In this document: piece by piece, positions 30,601-44,095 of the stretch | How positions within the stretch are numbered: position 1 is the first letter of the stretch | Layout of the letters: each line of letters begins with the position of its first letter | Source of the DNA: Eledone cirrhosa | Lineage: Eukaryota | Direction: 5' to 3' | Assembly: GCA_964016885.1 (NCBI GenBank) | Contig: OZ024740.1 | Span: 368,652,001 to 368,716,000 of the forward strand | DNA length: 64,000 bases | Notes under the pieces: generated by a model | Database searches by the model: none | What the model saw: the letters and a program-made list of their open reading frames with translations, nothing else | Told to the model about the DNA's origin: nothing | Program-made: the position numbers and the translations under genes

Positions 30601-31276
30601 ACTGGACATGAAAGGAATTTGCCCACTATACAGGAGCAAATCATGGAATAGCTTAGATAGGGCTAGACATAAGATAGGGAAGGCCACATCATGGTACGAC
30701 AACCAGAGATATCAGAGTGTCATGTTTGTGGACGCCACCCCTGGAGGGAAATTAGCTAACCAGTGTAGAAAGGCCCTGAGAAAGACCCACTTAAAAATAA
30801 AGGTGGTAGAAAAGCCAGGAACCACCATAAAATCCCTGATCAGCAAAACCTACCCTTTTAAGAAAACCCACTGTACCAATAGGAAATGTATCATATGTAA
30901 GGTGAACCCCCGGATAAACTGTAAAACTAGAAACGTAGTCTATAGCATAAGATGTACAGAGGGTACTTGCAGAAACACGACAACAACATACATAGGTGAG
31001 ACAGCTCGTAGCATAGGTGAAAGGATAGACCAACACTGGGGGGAACTAAAAGGACGAAAAAACGGGTCAGTACTATACGAACATGCTAGACAACATCATG
31101 ACGGTAACATAGACAACATAGAAATTAGAATAATATCTAAACATAGGAATGACCCAGCAGATAGGCAAATCAGAGAGGCCAGTGAAATAGAAATTAGAAG
31201 ACCAAAGCTAAACAGAAAGAATGAGTGGAACAACAACAACACCCAAACAAACAACACTGACCTAAGAGAAGTATAA
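27642..31276 (+). CDS. PLE polyprotein: N-terminal domain with Asn-rich insert, reverse transcriptase, Cys linker, GIY-YIG endonuclease; one 1-nt frameshift near 29819
   Basis: PTDKSGR, LYGLRKDHK, RPVCGA, MDVVSLYPSI, QNEGAAIG, YSRYVDD, LPVLD, CTNRKCIIC, VVY..YIGETAR..R..QH. Adding one A in ACC ATA CCT joins the frames as GRPPTITSMAKK. Confidence 0.92.
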
Positions 31277-31545
31277 ATAAATAAGTAAATTAAATTAAAT
31301 AAAATAAGATAAATAAATACATACACAAGCACATAAACACACACTAGTCACCCAGCAGACACAACACTATACACACTAGTCACACATCACACATAACACT
31401 ATACACACACGCAAACGCATGCGCAAAGAAGACAAAATAAAATAAGATAAACAAACAAGCAAATAAATAAATAAATATATAGACAGACTGAACAAAAAAA
31501 TGGCGTAGACATACAACACAACAGGAGGGACAATGAATATAACAC

Positions 31546-31583
31546 CACTGACGATGTTGCAGATGTGCAACGAAAGATTTATG
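31546..31583 (+). ncRNA. Hammerhead motif, family A 3' pLTR (intact core)
   Basis: CTGACGA / 6-bp stem II / GAAA / GATT / TA. Confidence 0.7.
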
Positions 31584-31852
31584 TAAACTATATATATATA
31601 TGTGTTTGTCTATATTGTATCTGTATTATTTTTGACCGCCGGTCAGTCATTGGCAACATTGAGGACCGAGTAAGTTAGATCGCAGATATATATATATAAA
31701 AGACAGCGAGAAGCGAAAACCAACCAAACAGTGAGTGTGTTCTGTTATTAATTCTGGCAATATTACGCAAATATGACCCTCCCCAAATATAACAATATCT
31801 GTTTCGACACACGATTTCATATAAAAAACCTTGCAAAACTAATTCATCGCCG

Positions 31853-31887
<35 letters not shown>

Positions 31888-32047
31888 AGGAGGTAATAGT
31901 TCACTTGAAGCATTGTGTAATGAGGTATAAACGTTTGAATATGTATAATAAAGTCAAAACAATGCAGGTATGGACATATAAAAACAGAATGCAATTGCAA
32001 AAGATATTGTTAACAATTCGTCTTTTACCTTAGATTTATTTAAATGT

Positions 32048-32082
32048 CCTTAATTTTCGAGATAATATCTCTTCTTCAGAGG
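32048..32082 (-). ncRNA. Minimal hammerhead motif, family C
   Basis: CCT-CTGAAGA-A-GAGAT-ATT-ATCTC-GAAA-AT-TA-AGG. Confidence 0.75.
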
Positions 32083-35000
32083 GAAATAAATGTCTCAAAC
32101 CAGCGTTCTAACTAGCTTGCCAAGCCATGCTGACAGGAAATAGTATAGAGTATCTGTTCTATCTCTAATGTCAAAGAGTTAAAATTAGGTGGATAAAGAG
32201 TAGTCTCCCTTTAAAAGGGGTTTGTTTTGGGGTTTTTTTATATACATGCCTGTTTAAGTGTGTGGGAGAATGCATGAAGGTGTAAGTATGTGAGTGTGTG
32301 TGTGTGAGTGTGAGAAGATAAGTTTATTCGTAAATGTGAGGGATAGGTGTTATCTGGTGTTAGAACTGGTTTTGTGTGTGTATGTGTGAGAGAGAATAAG
32401 TGGAGGTGGAAGCGTGTGTGTGTATGCGTGCGTGTGTGTGTAAATATGGGGCTAGAAGCCCTATCAGGTTATAAATTGGGTCTTGAGTTCTAGTCTATTA
32501 TTGATTGGTGGTAGTGTTTTATCTATAATTAGTGCTTCCTTAATTCTAAGATTGCGAGGTTTCTTTCCTTAGTTTCTATCCTAACTGTTATAGTTCTGTC
32601 GGTGTTTTTGCATTTAACTAGGTGTTTCTTAAATGAGGAAGCGTTAGTATTGAGGTGTTCTTTTATTCTTATGTGGAGTGGTCTGGTGGTTCTACCTACG
32701 TAGAAGTTGTTGCATTTGTCACACTCTAGTCTGTATACGACGTAAGCCTGGTGGCATAGGTCTGTGTCGTTGATGGGGCAGTTGGCTAGTCTGCAGCAGT
32801 TGTCATGTCTGGTGGAGTGTCTTTTGGTTAGCTGTCCGCGTAGAGAAGGACCTGAGTGAGCCAGTTTGATATCTAGTCCCTCTCGTCTGATGGCTCTGCG
32901 GATGGCTGTTGTTGTTTCTTCGCTGAAGTGTGGGAGCTTCAGGAAGCAAGTGTTAGTGCATCGGGTGTGGTGTCCTCTGTTCTTTTTGGCACGGTTTGTG
33001 GTGGATGTCGTGTATCCGTTCAGTTTGAGTACTTGCAGGAAATGTGTGGTGTGTGTGTCTCGGTCTCTAGCGTCGGTGCATTTGTTCCGGATACGTGCCA
33101 GTTCGTTCCTTATGTATCAGAACTTGGCACCGAGTGGGAGGGCTGATCTGAAATGTACGAACAGGTCCCTGCTGGCGGCTTTTTTATAGAAGTAGGTGTG
33201 GATGTTGCCTTCCTCTGTTACCCTGAGTTGGAAGTCCAGTAGGGATAGGGATCCGCGGTCATCGGGGTGTTCCATGCTGAACTTTATACTGGCGTCCATG
33301 CTGGAGAATGTTGTGTATATTTTATCTGCCTCCCCACGGGATGATGTAAGGATGAGTATGTCATCTACATATCGGATGAAGAAGGCATGGGAATGGCAGG
33401 TGTTGAGGGCTCGGCATTCTAGCTGGTTCATGTAGGTGTTGGCCAGCAGGCCCGATAGGCTGGATTCCATGGGTAATCATATTGTCTGTCTGTATGTGTG
33501 GTGGTGGAAGGTGAAGTACGTGTTGTCTACTGTGAAGGACAAAAGCTGGTGTATGTCCGTCGGGTGGAGGCCGTAGCAGTGGATGTCCTCTGCGACCACG
33601 CAGTCCGTCAATAAATCGACAGCTGGATGAGCGGGGACTGTAGTGTAGAGGGAGACAACGTCGAGGCTAAAAGCGTATTTATTTAGTTTAAGTTGTTCTG
33701 GCTGGAGTTGGTGTAGTCTGCATGTAATTTCGTCGGTGCTACTGACATGCCCGGGAAAGGTGGAGAGTAGAGGCTTGATGACCTGGGAGAGGAGCCAGGA
33801 AATTTTGTATAGGGGTCCTTCTATGCTAGAGACGATGGGTCTTATTTGCGTCTTAGTACTATTCTTGTGGGTCTTGATGAGGTGGTAGAAAGTGGGAAGT
33901 CTGCTATTTCTAGTGGTGTACTTGAGCTTAACGTTATTTGGGAGTTGTCTTCTCCTACAGATATAGAACCAAATGGAGTTCGTCTGTTTTTCGATCTGGG
34001 CAGCAGTCATGTCCGGGATCTCTGTGTATAATTCATTGTCGCTTAGGTGTTCAAAGGCTAGGTTATTGTATGTGGCTTGAGAGATGACGCAAAACTATTT
34101 ACCTCTGTCGGATGGTAAGTATATAAGTTCCCTATTCCGTAGGTTCTTCAGGGCGAGTTGTTGTGTCCTGAAGAGGTTTGGGGCTATCTTCTTCTGTTTC
34201 TGTAAGATGTTAAATACGGAATGTTTTAGTCTCGAGAGTTTTTCTTCAAGCTCGCGGTTGGCAGGCGGTGGACAGAGTGGGCGATCTAGTTGGTATATCG
34301 GGAATCTGGGTTTGATAGATTCCGTGGTTTTCTTGTCGAGAGTCGATATCCATTTTATCCAACTAAAATGGATATAGACTCTCGACAGCAACACCTTTCC
34401 CGGGCATGTCAGTAGCTCCAACGAAGTTATACGTAGACTACACCAACTCCGATGAAGTTATACGTAGACTACACCAACTCCAGCCAGAACAACTTAAACT
34501 AAATAAATACGCTGTTAGCCTCGACGTTGCCTCCCTCTACACTACAGTCCCCGCTCATCCAGCTGTCGATTTATTGACGGACTGCATGGTCGCAGAGGAA
34601 ATCCACTGCTACGGCCTCCACCTGACGGACATACACCAGCTTTTGTATTTCACAGTAGACAACACGTACTTCACCTTCTACCACCACACATACAGACAAA
34701 CAACAGGATTACCCATGGGATCCAGCCTATCGGGCCTGCTGGCCATCACCTACATGAACAGGGCTAGAATGCCGAGCCCTCAACACCTGCCATTCCCATG
34801 CCTTCTTCACCCGATATGTAGATGACATACTCATCCTTACATCATCCCGTGAGGAGGCAGATAATATACACACACCCCCACACACACACGCACGCACACA
34901 CACACACGCTTACACCTCCACTTATTCTCTCTCACACATACACACACAAAACCAGTTCTAACACCAGATAACACCTATCCCCCACATTTACGAATAGACT

Positions 35001-35240
35001 TATCTTCTCACACTCACACACGCACACTCACATACTTACACCTTCATGCATTCTTCCACACACTTAAACAGGCATGTATATGAAAAAAAACCCCAAAACA
35101 AACCCCTTTTAAAGGGAGACTACTCTTTGTCCACCTAATTTTAACTCTTTGACATTAGAGATAGAACAGATACTCTATACTATTTCCTGTCAGCGTGGCT
35201 TTGCAAGCTAGTTAGAACGCTGGTTTGAGACCTTTATTTC

Positions 35241-35275
35241 CCTCTGAAGAAGAGATATTATCTCGAAAATTAAGG
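35241..35275 (+). ncRNA. Minimal hammerhead motif, family C
   Basis: Identical motif on the inverted arm. Confidence 0.75.
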
Positions 35276-35389
35276 TCATTTATATAAATCTAAGGTAAAA
35301 GACGAATTGTCAACAATATCTTTTGCAATTGCATTCTTTTTTCTATGTCCATACCTGCAGTGTTTTGACTTTATTATACACATTCAAAC

Positions 35390-35426
<37 letters not shown>

Positions 35427-35519
35427 TAGAACACTGGAAGGTAATATCCGTAGTGGTAGAGCACACAGTCCCTGGGACGTGTTTGGTAGGAGTAGTAACA
35501 CAACGGTTAGTTCACCATA

Positions 35520-35559
35520 CTGAGAAGAATTGTTTCACCTTAGCGGATCTTCAGCTCAG
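35520..35559 (-). ncRNA. Minimal hammerhead motif (stem III mutated)
   Basis: CTGAG-CTGAAGA-TCC-GCTAA-GGT-GAAA-CAATTC-TT-CTCAG. Confidence 0.65.
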
Positions 35560-36359
35560 ACTAGTCATGGTTATACCGAATAGGAAGAACAACCACCCTA
35601 TGAACGCGCATGCACAGGAACGCTCACTTCACCTAAGTGATGCAAAGCCACGAGTGAAAGGTATAAAGGAGATAACGGCTAAAGTCCGTACAATTAGAAG
35701 GTTGTTTTTATTCAATCCGGAGCTTTGTAGTTATGCAAGAGGTGTTTCCCGACATGTGTACAACGTCAGAAGATTCGTTTCTTGAATTTAGGCAATTGCT
35801 ATTGCGTAATCTCCTTAGAATAGTTATGCTTTCTTCGACAATACGGATTGCGCCTTGCGTATGTCTTGGACTTAGCAATGGCTTTCCATTGAATGGAGTA
35901 GTCTGTACCTGAGGCCTTTAGGGACCATACGTGACTCATAATTGAAACTCACCGGCCACGTATGGTCCCTCAATATCTCAGGTATAGACTACTACATTCA
36001 ATGGAAATCCATCACTAAGTCCAAGCCATGCGCAAAGCGCAATCCGTCTTGTGGACTGTGTATTGAAGAAAGGATACATATTCTAAGGAGATTACGCAAT
36101 AACTATTGCCTAAATTCAAGAAACCAATCTTCTCACGTTGTCCACATGTCTGCAATCACATCCTGCATAGCTACAAATCTCCGGATTGAATAACGACACA
36201 TTCTGATTTTCTAATCAACTCGAACATCTTTTCCGGACATTCGCAGTTATCTCCCGTACATCTTTCGCCCGTGGCTTTGAATCGCTTGGGTGAAGTGACT
36301 GTTTCTGCGCCTGCGGGTTCATAGGGCTGTGTTTCCTGTTCCGTATAACCATGACCAGT

Positions 36360-36399
36360 CTGAGCTGAAGATCCGCTAAGGTGAAACAATTGTTCTCAG
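36360..36399 (+). ncRNA. Minimal hammerhead motif
   Basis: CTGAG-CTGAAGA-TCC-GCTAA-GGT-GAAA-CAATTG-TT-CTCAG; 5-bp stem I and palindromic stem III. Confidence 0.8.
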
Positions 36400-38791
36400 T
36401 ATAGTGAACTAACTTTTTTGTTACTACTTATATATACATATATATATATATATTTTAAGTTATAAAATATATATCTCATGATGTCATGCTAATTGTTGAC
36501 ACTGCTGCATAATAACTATAATTATACACCATACCAAATTTTGAAGTAAATAATCGGCAAACGCCCACAAGAACCAACCCGAAATGATATCGCTAAAATA
36601 AAAATAATAATAAATAAATGACCTTTAACGGACGACAAAAATTCCCCAGATTGCATTTGTTCTTATCATTTCTGTTTACTTGTAGCAAATATAACTTCGT
36701 TATCTAAACAATATCGCAATGAAAACAACATTAAATAAAAGACACAATTAACAAGCTACACCCAACGCAAAACGAAGGTGCAATCACACAACATAATTGA
36801 AGCCCTGCCTTCAAATTAAGCTTATAATTAGAAATTTTCTATCACATCTATATTCAATTATATTGTTTTTTTTTTAAATCCTAAATATCGTAATCTTTGA
36901 CTGACTCGTAATCCCACCGTATACTAGCATCCACATATTATCAAATTTATATCCAAATACAACTAGATTCTAATATGGAGGTTACGTTACTAGTATATCT
37001 AAACGAGCTTACGTTAGCCTGTATTGTTATTGTAGGGAACTAATGCACCAGGAGTGTTACTAAATATTTGAATAGTAAAAGATGATTCTCCAGGGAGCAG
37101 TGCGGGCTAGAGAAGGCGAGGCAGTCATAGGAAGTGCTGGACAGATAACATAGCTGAGTGGATAGGAAAATACTTTGTCACAAACAAAGTGGTTGGTGCA
37201 ACGTTCAACAGTGCAGTGCAGCAACTACCTCGATAAGGGTTAGTGCCCTATGATGATGATGATGATGCATTCATACGTATCAAACCAAATTTTGGTAATG
37301 CAGGCAGCAACGAAATTCAAGTAAGTGTACTTATTGAAATTATTTAGACCGATATTTTTAACGCTAAAATTGAATGCCTTGTATTGCGTTATGTCCTCAT
37401 GTTTTCGAGCGGCTCTTGTTACATCGATTTAAAATAATTTAGTGTATAGCTTTCAGCATTCGTAGATAACGATTAAACATTAGCCCAATAGACCGCCACT
37501 TCTCTATTTGTTATGTACATTTATAATGAATCAGTTAAAGTGTTTGTTCTACATAAAATCCCGATTGTTATCAAGGTAATTTCGTTAAATACTGTCGGAC
37601 ATTTGACACAAGCTTTCAGCAAAACTTCTGTTCTGATTTTAATTTATTTTTATATAAACATTCGATTGTTTAAAATCAATCAAAGGAATGTTAAGTCTCA
37701 TACAATTTGAACTGACGTTCATTTTAAATCTAAAATTGATTAAATATATCGGCCTATTTCAACTGCAGCTGTTGTCACCAAATCGAGATTCTCACCAATA
37801 ACGAATATCAAACAATAATAAACACAGCATCAGCACAACTATTGTAAATTGGAAATTTAATCTAAATTCGTTTACTGTTAAATATGTTCCTTTATACATT
37901 CATAATATTTATTGTTGTATACTATCCCATATATCTATAGTAAATATTCTGATCCCTCACTTAAACGAATGACCGACCTAGTCTATAAACCAAAAGTATA
38001 ACAATACTAACGACAAAATTATAATCAGCCTGCACTATTTAAACTTAGCATGACCTAACTCATTAAGATTTCACGTTAAAGAAATAGCTGCCATATCCCA
38101 TTATATAAAGCAGCTTCCTCGAAAACGCCCCACATTTTAACTAAGTCACTAATACCTTACATTTGATGTATGGGATATCGGTCGATACATTGTCAATTTT
38201 CAGATCTTGATAAGGTGATGGATATGCCTATGCTTTTGATTGTTGAATGCTATATATTCACTATACTCTTGATAAATATTTCAAAAATACAGCACTGTGG
38301 AATAGTTTTACCTGCTGTAAGTATATGTTCATATGTACGTTTCAATAAAACAAATAAATGAAAACGAAAATCTAGGAATGATGTAATATACGACTTCGCA
38401 CTGACATATTTTGTCTTCATTTGTTTCAGTTTAACTTTAGATAGAGTACATCCCAACTCTATTAAACCACGATGGGAGACGAATCAGTAATGAGCGGGCT
38501 TGTATTTAAGATAACACAGCATATCAGCAAACAATTTAAGCCTGTATCGATTTTCGAATAACACATTTCATCAACAAACGTCCACTCCATTACCTATATC
38601 CTAAATCGTCATTGTGTGGTGAGTTGCTTATAACTATAAATACAAGGCCAACTCATGACAGGAAATGGACACGAATTCAGAGCATCATATTTAAATTTTG
38701 CAGTTATTAGCCTGAAGACCGACATACGACATTGTTTGATGAAATACACACACACACACACACACATATATTATATATTATATATATATAT

Positions 38792-38891
<100 letters not shown>

Positions 38892-39197
38892 ATGTATGTA
38901 TTCGTGAGTAAATGTTAGTGAAACAAAATGTTGCTTGTATATATATACATTTTTATATAACATTGAAACGAAGTCGTCGGAAGAACCGGTGTCTCCTTTC
39001 GTTTTGTCATACACTAAATACTTTAATTAACACAGCATCACTAGGATACCACCCAAGAAGGAAAGTGGAATGCACACTTATACGTTAATAATGAGAGAAA
39101 CGATTTCGTGTGGATAGAGAATTTACTTCTCTGTCACCGGACTAGGCACAAGATTATATTACCCTTTAGCTAGCGACAGTACGTGATGGACTGTTGT

Positions 39198-39234
<37 letters not shown>

Positions 39235-39269
39235 TATTGAAATGTGTTTGGAACACCGTGGAAAAGTAA

Positions 39270-39585
39270 AAATAGTCGTTTTGGAAACCTCAACAATGTA
39301 GATGGGTAAATCTCCGGGTAACAGAATCACGTGTTGTCCCTCTCTGACATAACGTTTTCCCCTCGGAAAATCCCCAGTTGATGGATGCAAAATCCGAAAT
39401 TTTGGACTATTAAATCACCTGTAGAGTAATTGCATCTCGTGTTATTATTTTTTACACTTTTCCAACGTTCATATACGCTCTCTTCTATTTCTACGCTTCC
39501 TCTTATATCTCCCCCTCATTACCACCTGATTCTGTTACCCGGAGATTTACCCAACTGCATTTTTCAGGCTCCCAAAACGGCTATG
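39270..39585. repeat. Short fold-back element between TA tracts
   Basis: 39273-39333 is inverted at 39522-39583. Confidence 0.7.
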
Positions 39586-39614
39586 CACACACACACATAT
39601 ATATATATATATAC

Positions 39615-40735
39615 CTTGACGACTGTTTCATCATCTGGACAGAATCCCTAGATACTCTGGATGAGTTCATTATCCTCCTGAATAACCTACACCCATCTCT
39701 CCAATTCACAAAAGAGATGAGTAGGACCAAATTACCATTCCTAGATATAATGATAATCAAAAACGACACCACCATTACCACGGATATATATTATAAACAC
39801 ACAGACACCCATCAATATCTGAATTTTAAGTCGTGCCATCCACCTCATACCAAACGCAGCATCCCAGACTGCCTATTCAGAAGAATTTGAACCATTGTAG
39901 AAGATACGAATACCAGGTACAGACGTCTAACAGAACTAAGAGAATTTTTGCTCAAACAAAAATACACATCTCTACTTATAGAAAATGGCATACAGCGGGC
40001 TATAAAAATTCCTATACAACAACTTAGGACAACCCAAGGAAGAAGAAACCAAGAACTGGTCATACTATTTATAATGACACACAACCCATGTCACCAGAAT
40101 ATCTTCAACAATGCCAAAGCAAACCTACCGATCATTGCGCAAAGTAATGAATTAAAAGGCTTAATCACAGATCGATCTTTAACTCTTAGTAAAAGACAGC
40201 CAACAAATTTAAAGCAATTACTAACAAAAGCAAAGTTTGATCTTAACAACAAAGACCAATCATTCACTGTATCTAAATGCAATGATAGTCGATGCGGCAC
40301 ATGTCAATCCATACACGCCGGTCAATATATGAAAACAAAAACTGGAAAAATATTCCCAAATGCAAATATGAACTGCAAAAGCAGAAATCTAATTTGCTGC
40401 ATTAAATGCCCGAATTGTGAAGAACTATATGTCGGTCAAACTGGAAATGCACTATCGGAACGTGCACGGGTACACCGTCAGCAAATCAGAGACCCAAATG
40501 TCCATCAGATACCCCTAAGTAACCATCTAGCAACATGTGGTCAGGGAATATTTATAATATTCCCATTCTACAAATTACACAGCCCAAGTGAAATCAAGAG
40601 AAAAATCAAAGAAAAGAATGTTATTGATAAATTCAAACCCAAACTAAATGAACAATAATAACGCTTCGGAGTATTACTTCTACTATGACTATGGCTACGA
40701 CCATGTCGACTACGACCATGTCGACTACGACCACT

Positions 40736-40811
<76 letters not shown>

Positions 40812-41265
40812 GTGATGTTGATGGTGATGATTACTACAAAATGCTATTTTCATCATTTCGAAAAATAGCAAAACAAATGATGCTTTGTATATGATTAATT
40901 ATTGGTCGTTAGACATGCTCAACCCTCCGTGACGCTTAAACCAATTAGCTTTAGTTATTCATTGAAACTACACACTGATTGGTCGAAATACTGTTGGCAA
41001 GATTTAGCATTCTGGAACCACTTTTCACTGTATATAAGTTACACAATTTAACCATCTCATTACAGTTGAAAATTGCAAACTTGACTGTTACCACATATTA
41101 TGAACCTGAAGATTGCGAAAGCATGAAATTACTTGTTCAATTATCACTTAGAATTTAATATTCTATCATACTATTTCATTATAATACCATTATAAATTTT
41201 AAAGGATTGTAAATAAAACGAGTAAATCAGACAAAGTTGGAATTCCTCTTATTAATATAATCTTC
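39615..41265 (+). mobile_element. Penelope-like element (family B, Neptune-like Cys linker), 5'-truncated
   Basis: DDCFIIW, LPFLD, YYKHTDTHQYL, SCHP, CNDSRCGTC, CPNC..LYVGQTG..R..H. The 3' UTR has (AAC)n(AAT)n and a hammerhead. Confidence 0.9.
41101..41139 (+). ncRNA. Minimal hammerhead motif, family B
   Basis: TGAAC-CTGAAGA-T-TGC-GAAA-GCA-T-GAAA-TTAC-TT-GTTCA. Confidence 0.75.
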
Positions 41266-41387
41266 TATACACAATCATACACACCCGTGTGTATTTATCT
41301 ATCTATCTATATCTATCTATCTATCTATCTATCTGTATTTGTCCCCTTCTTTTGTGCCCCTGTGGCTAATAAAGAAATATATCTATC

Positions 41388-41515
<128 letters not shown>

Positions 41516-41770
41516 CATATATATATACCAATTCTAACACATATATGTCCTAGAAATGATCGTAAAATAATGAACTTTTTTTGTTTAATATAAGGAACTG
41601 TTTCTTTGTTTATTCATTATTTTTTTAATAATTTATCTTGACTCTGTATTCCGTTTATCTTTCACCGAAAGTGATTTTTGAATGCATCTCTTCTTTTCAT
41701 GATATCCGGATTACTTTGAGATCTTCATACGGATTGAACACTACCGTAAACTTTTGGTAGATTTATCTAC

Positions 41771-41828
<58 letters not shown>

Positions 41829-41839
41829 TATATTATATT

Positions 41840-42931
41840 TAGAGTTATAAACTCAAACAGTCCTTTACAATTAATTAGTTCAAAGAAAGAAGCATTTCTG
41901 CTCCATGAAATACAAGTTAATATAAATTAATACATGATAAACAAATAAGTGTTTATATATAAATGACCAAGTTAGCTAGATTGAAAAATACTAATTAAAT
42001 TAATACAGTTTGCCTGTCTCGATTTAAAATTATAAATCAATAAAAATGTTAATCCCGTATAAACGGCTGTTATTTCTAGCACCATGAGTATGAGGATAGC
42101 TAGGAGCTGGAACACCACGTGCGTTAGCACTTCAATACCACTCCTCCTAAATATTTCGAGGTGAAACATGCTAATTTTCTGGATACCTGCCGATGACCAC
42201 AGAAATTGGAATCTTTCACTTTTTTAAATTATCGTTGCGAAACTTATTTGGGTTTTGAAATTTAAATTTGTCTGCCGAACAGGTTTGGATTTTGAAATTT
42301 AAATTTATCCAGGTATCACGGTTATTGCCAATATGGGTTTGTTTTTATTGATTTATTATTTTAAATCGAGACAGGCAAACTATTAATTTAATTAGTATTT
42401 TTCAATTTAGCTAACTTGATCATTTACAATACAAACACTTATGTGTTTATCATATATTAATTTATATTAACCTGTATATCACGGCTCAGAAATGCTTCTT
42501 TCTTTGAGCTAATTAATTGTAAAGGAATGTTTGAGTTTATAAATGAACATAAACACACAGACACCCGGATGTGGCGCATGCGCAAACTGTGCACACAACA
42601 CACACACAGAAACAAAATGGAGTAGGACAGAAAAAAGAAGAGGCACAGAAACAAAGAAAGGAATCCCCAGTCACTGAAGAGGTGACAGAGTGTGTGACGA
42701 AAGGACTATGACTATATATAAACAACTATCTGGTTGTGGAACCAACCAACCAACCAGAAATTTATAGATTTATAAATTTGTAAATTTATAAATATATAAT
42801 AAATTGAAGTGAAAGCAACTGGTGCGTGTGTTTCTTATTGGCAACATGACCCTCCCAAAGTATAACAATATCGGTTTCAACACACGATTTCAGATAAAGA
42901 ATCTTGCTAAACAAATTCAGAAACGAAATAT
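41840..42931 (+). mobile_element. Fold-back solo pLTR of a family-A relative (A')
   Basis: 41840-42045 is inverted at 42345-42542. The right arm ends in ORF start [28 protein letters not shown] (42847-42930), compared with [28 protein letters not shown] in family A. Confidence 0.8.
42669..42713 (+). ncRNA. Hammerhead motif, family A'
   Basis: AGTCA-CTGAAGA-G-GTGACA-GAGTG-TGTGAC-GAAA-GGAC-TA-TGACT; one mismatch in stem II. Confidence 0.75.
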
Positions 42932-43208
42932 ATATATATATATATATAATATATAATATAATATATAATATATAATATATATATATATAATATATAATAT
43001 ATAATATATATATATATATATAATATATAATATATATATATATATAATATATAATATATATATATATATAATATATATATATATATAATATATATATATA
43101 TATAATATATATATATATATAATATATAATATATATATAATATATATATATATATAATATATATATATATATAATATATATATATATATAATATATAATA
43201 TATATATA

Positions 43209-43240
<32 letters not shown>

Positions 43241-43335
43241 GTAAAGATAGATATATAGGTAGATAGATAGATAGGTAGATAGATATATATGTGTGTGTGT
43301 GCGTGCGTGTGTGGTTACCATCCATTAAACCCTGG

Positions 43336-43430
<95 letters not shown>

Positions 43431-43437
43431 CATTATA

Positions 43438-43539
43438 ATCCCGCCGAGGTTGACTTTGCCTTTCATCCTTACGGGGTCGATAAAATAAAGTACCAGTAAT
43501 GCACTGGGTGATTGCTGGCCTTGTGCCTAAAGTAGAAAC

Positions 43540-43545
<6 letters not shown>
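43438..43545 (+). mobile_element. SINE, 5'-truncated
   Basis: Same family as 1189 and 12130. Confidence 0.8.
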
Positions 43546-43574
<29 letters not shown>

Positions 43575-44095
43575 ATTTATATTAGTAATCTGTTACTGTT
43601 AGAATTTGTGGAACATGTAATCGAAGATTTGAAAATGTCAACAGGGATTACTACCACCACCAGACTGAAGGGGTTATTTGATTGCAGCGACCAATGACCA
43701 TTAAATTATCCTTTACCCTACTAACTAAGAAGCACGTCTGTTAACTATACAAATATAAAAATGACTATATTGTTTTTTATGACAAATGTTAGCTAAATGA
43801 CGGGTGACATCGCTGGATTACCCCACAAACACACTATATATATATATATATATATAAGTATGTATGAATACGTGCATACATATATGTATACAGACGTACA
43901 GTATCATGTATATATATATATATATATATATACATATATATACATACAGGCACACATATATATATATGTACGTATCAGTTTAGCGAACATTTATTATAAT
44001 GTTCGCTTTGTTCGTTTGTAAACAAACGGACAGCCTGATATATGCCGTACGGTGTTAAGGCAACCACGTCACCTTTTTGTTCAACACTGACACAG

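Larger units (their letters stand above)
25936..31858 (+). mobile_element. Near-intact Penelope-like element (family A): inverted arm 25936-27139, 5' pLTR 27137-27668, ORF, 3' pLTR + tail 31266-31858
   Basis: Near-identical direct pLTRs. An inverted copy of the GIY-YIG + pLTR is joined at microhomology GAG (27137-27139). Both outer ends run into (TA)n. Confidence 0.95.
31885..35395 (-). mobile_element. Penelope-like element (family C), 5'-truncated on minus, with an inverted and internally deleted plus arm (34363-35395)
   Basis: FYHLIKTHK, RPIVS, LDVVSLYT, RYVDD, SLLD, and VVYRLECDKCNNFYVGRT (~32690-32745). 31925-32440 is inverted at 34880-35395. Confidence 0.9.
35425..36430. mobile_element. 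Fold-back Naiad-type PLE 3' fragment (end of GIY-YIG + pLTR on both arms)
   Basis: LTGHVWSL..YYIQWK..CGLCIEE..LNSRN at 35942-36193. 35490-35935 is a diverged inverted copy. Confidence 0.8.

Noticed and set aside
36285-36330. Possible SECIS in the Naiad-type 3' UTR (GTGAA + helix)
   Set aside because: There is no apical AA and no 3' GA quartet partner. The TGA in one arm is TCA in the other.
37020-37268. Possible LINE 3' end with (TGA)n tail
   Set aside because: No recognisable protein motif, so it could not be classified.
38711-38745. CTGAAGA...GAAA next to a CA/TA tract
   Set aside because: Stem II is weak and the 3' half is missing.
39342-39385. Minus-strand CTGGGGA..GAAA-ACGT-TA in a fold-back
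   Set aside because: A6 is mutated and the stems are marginal, so it was not counted as a ribozyme.
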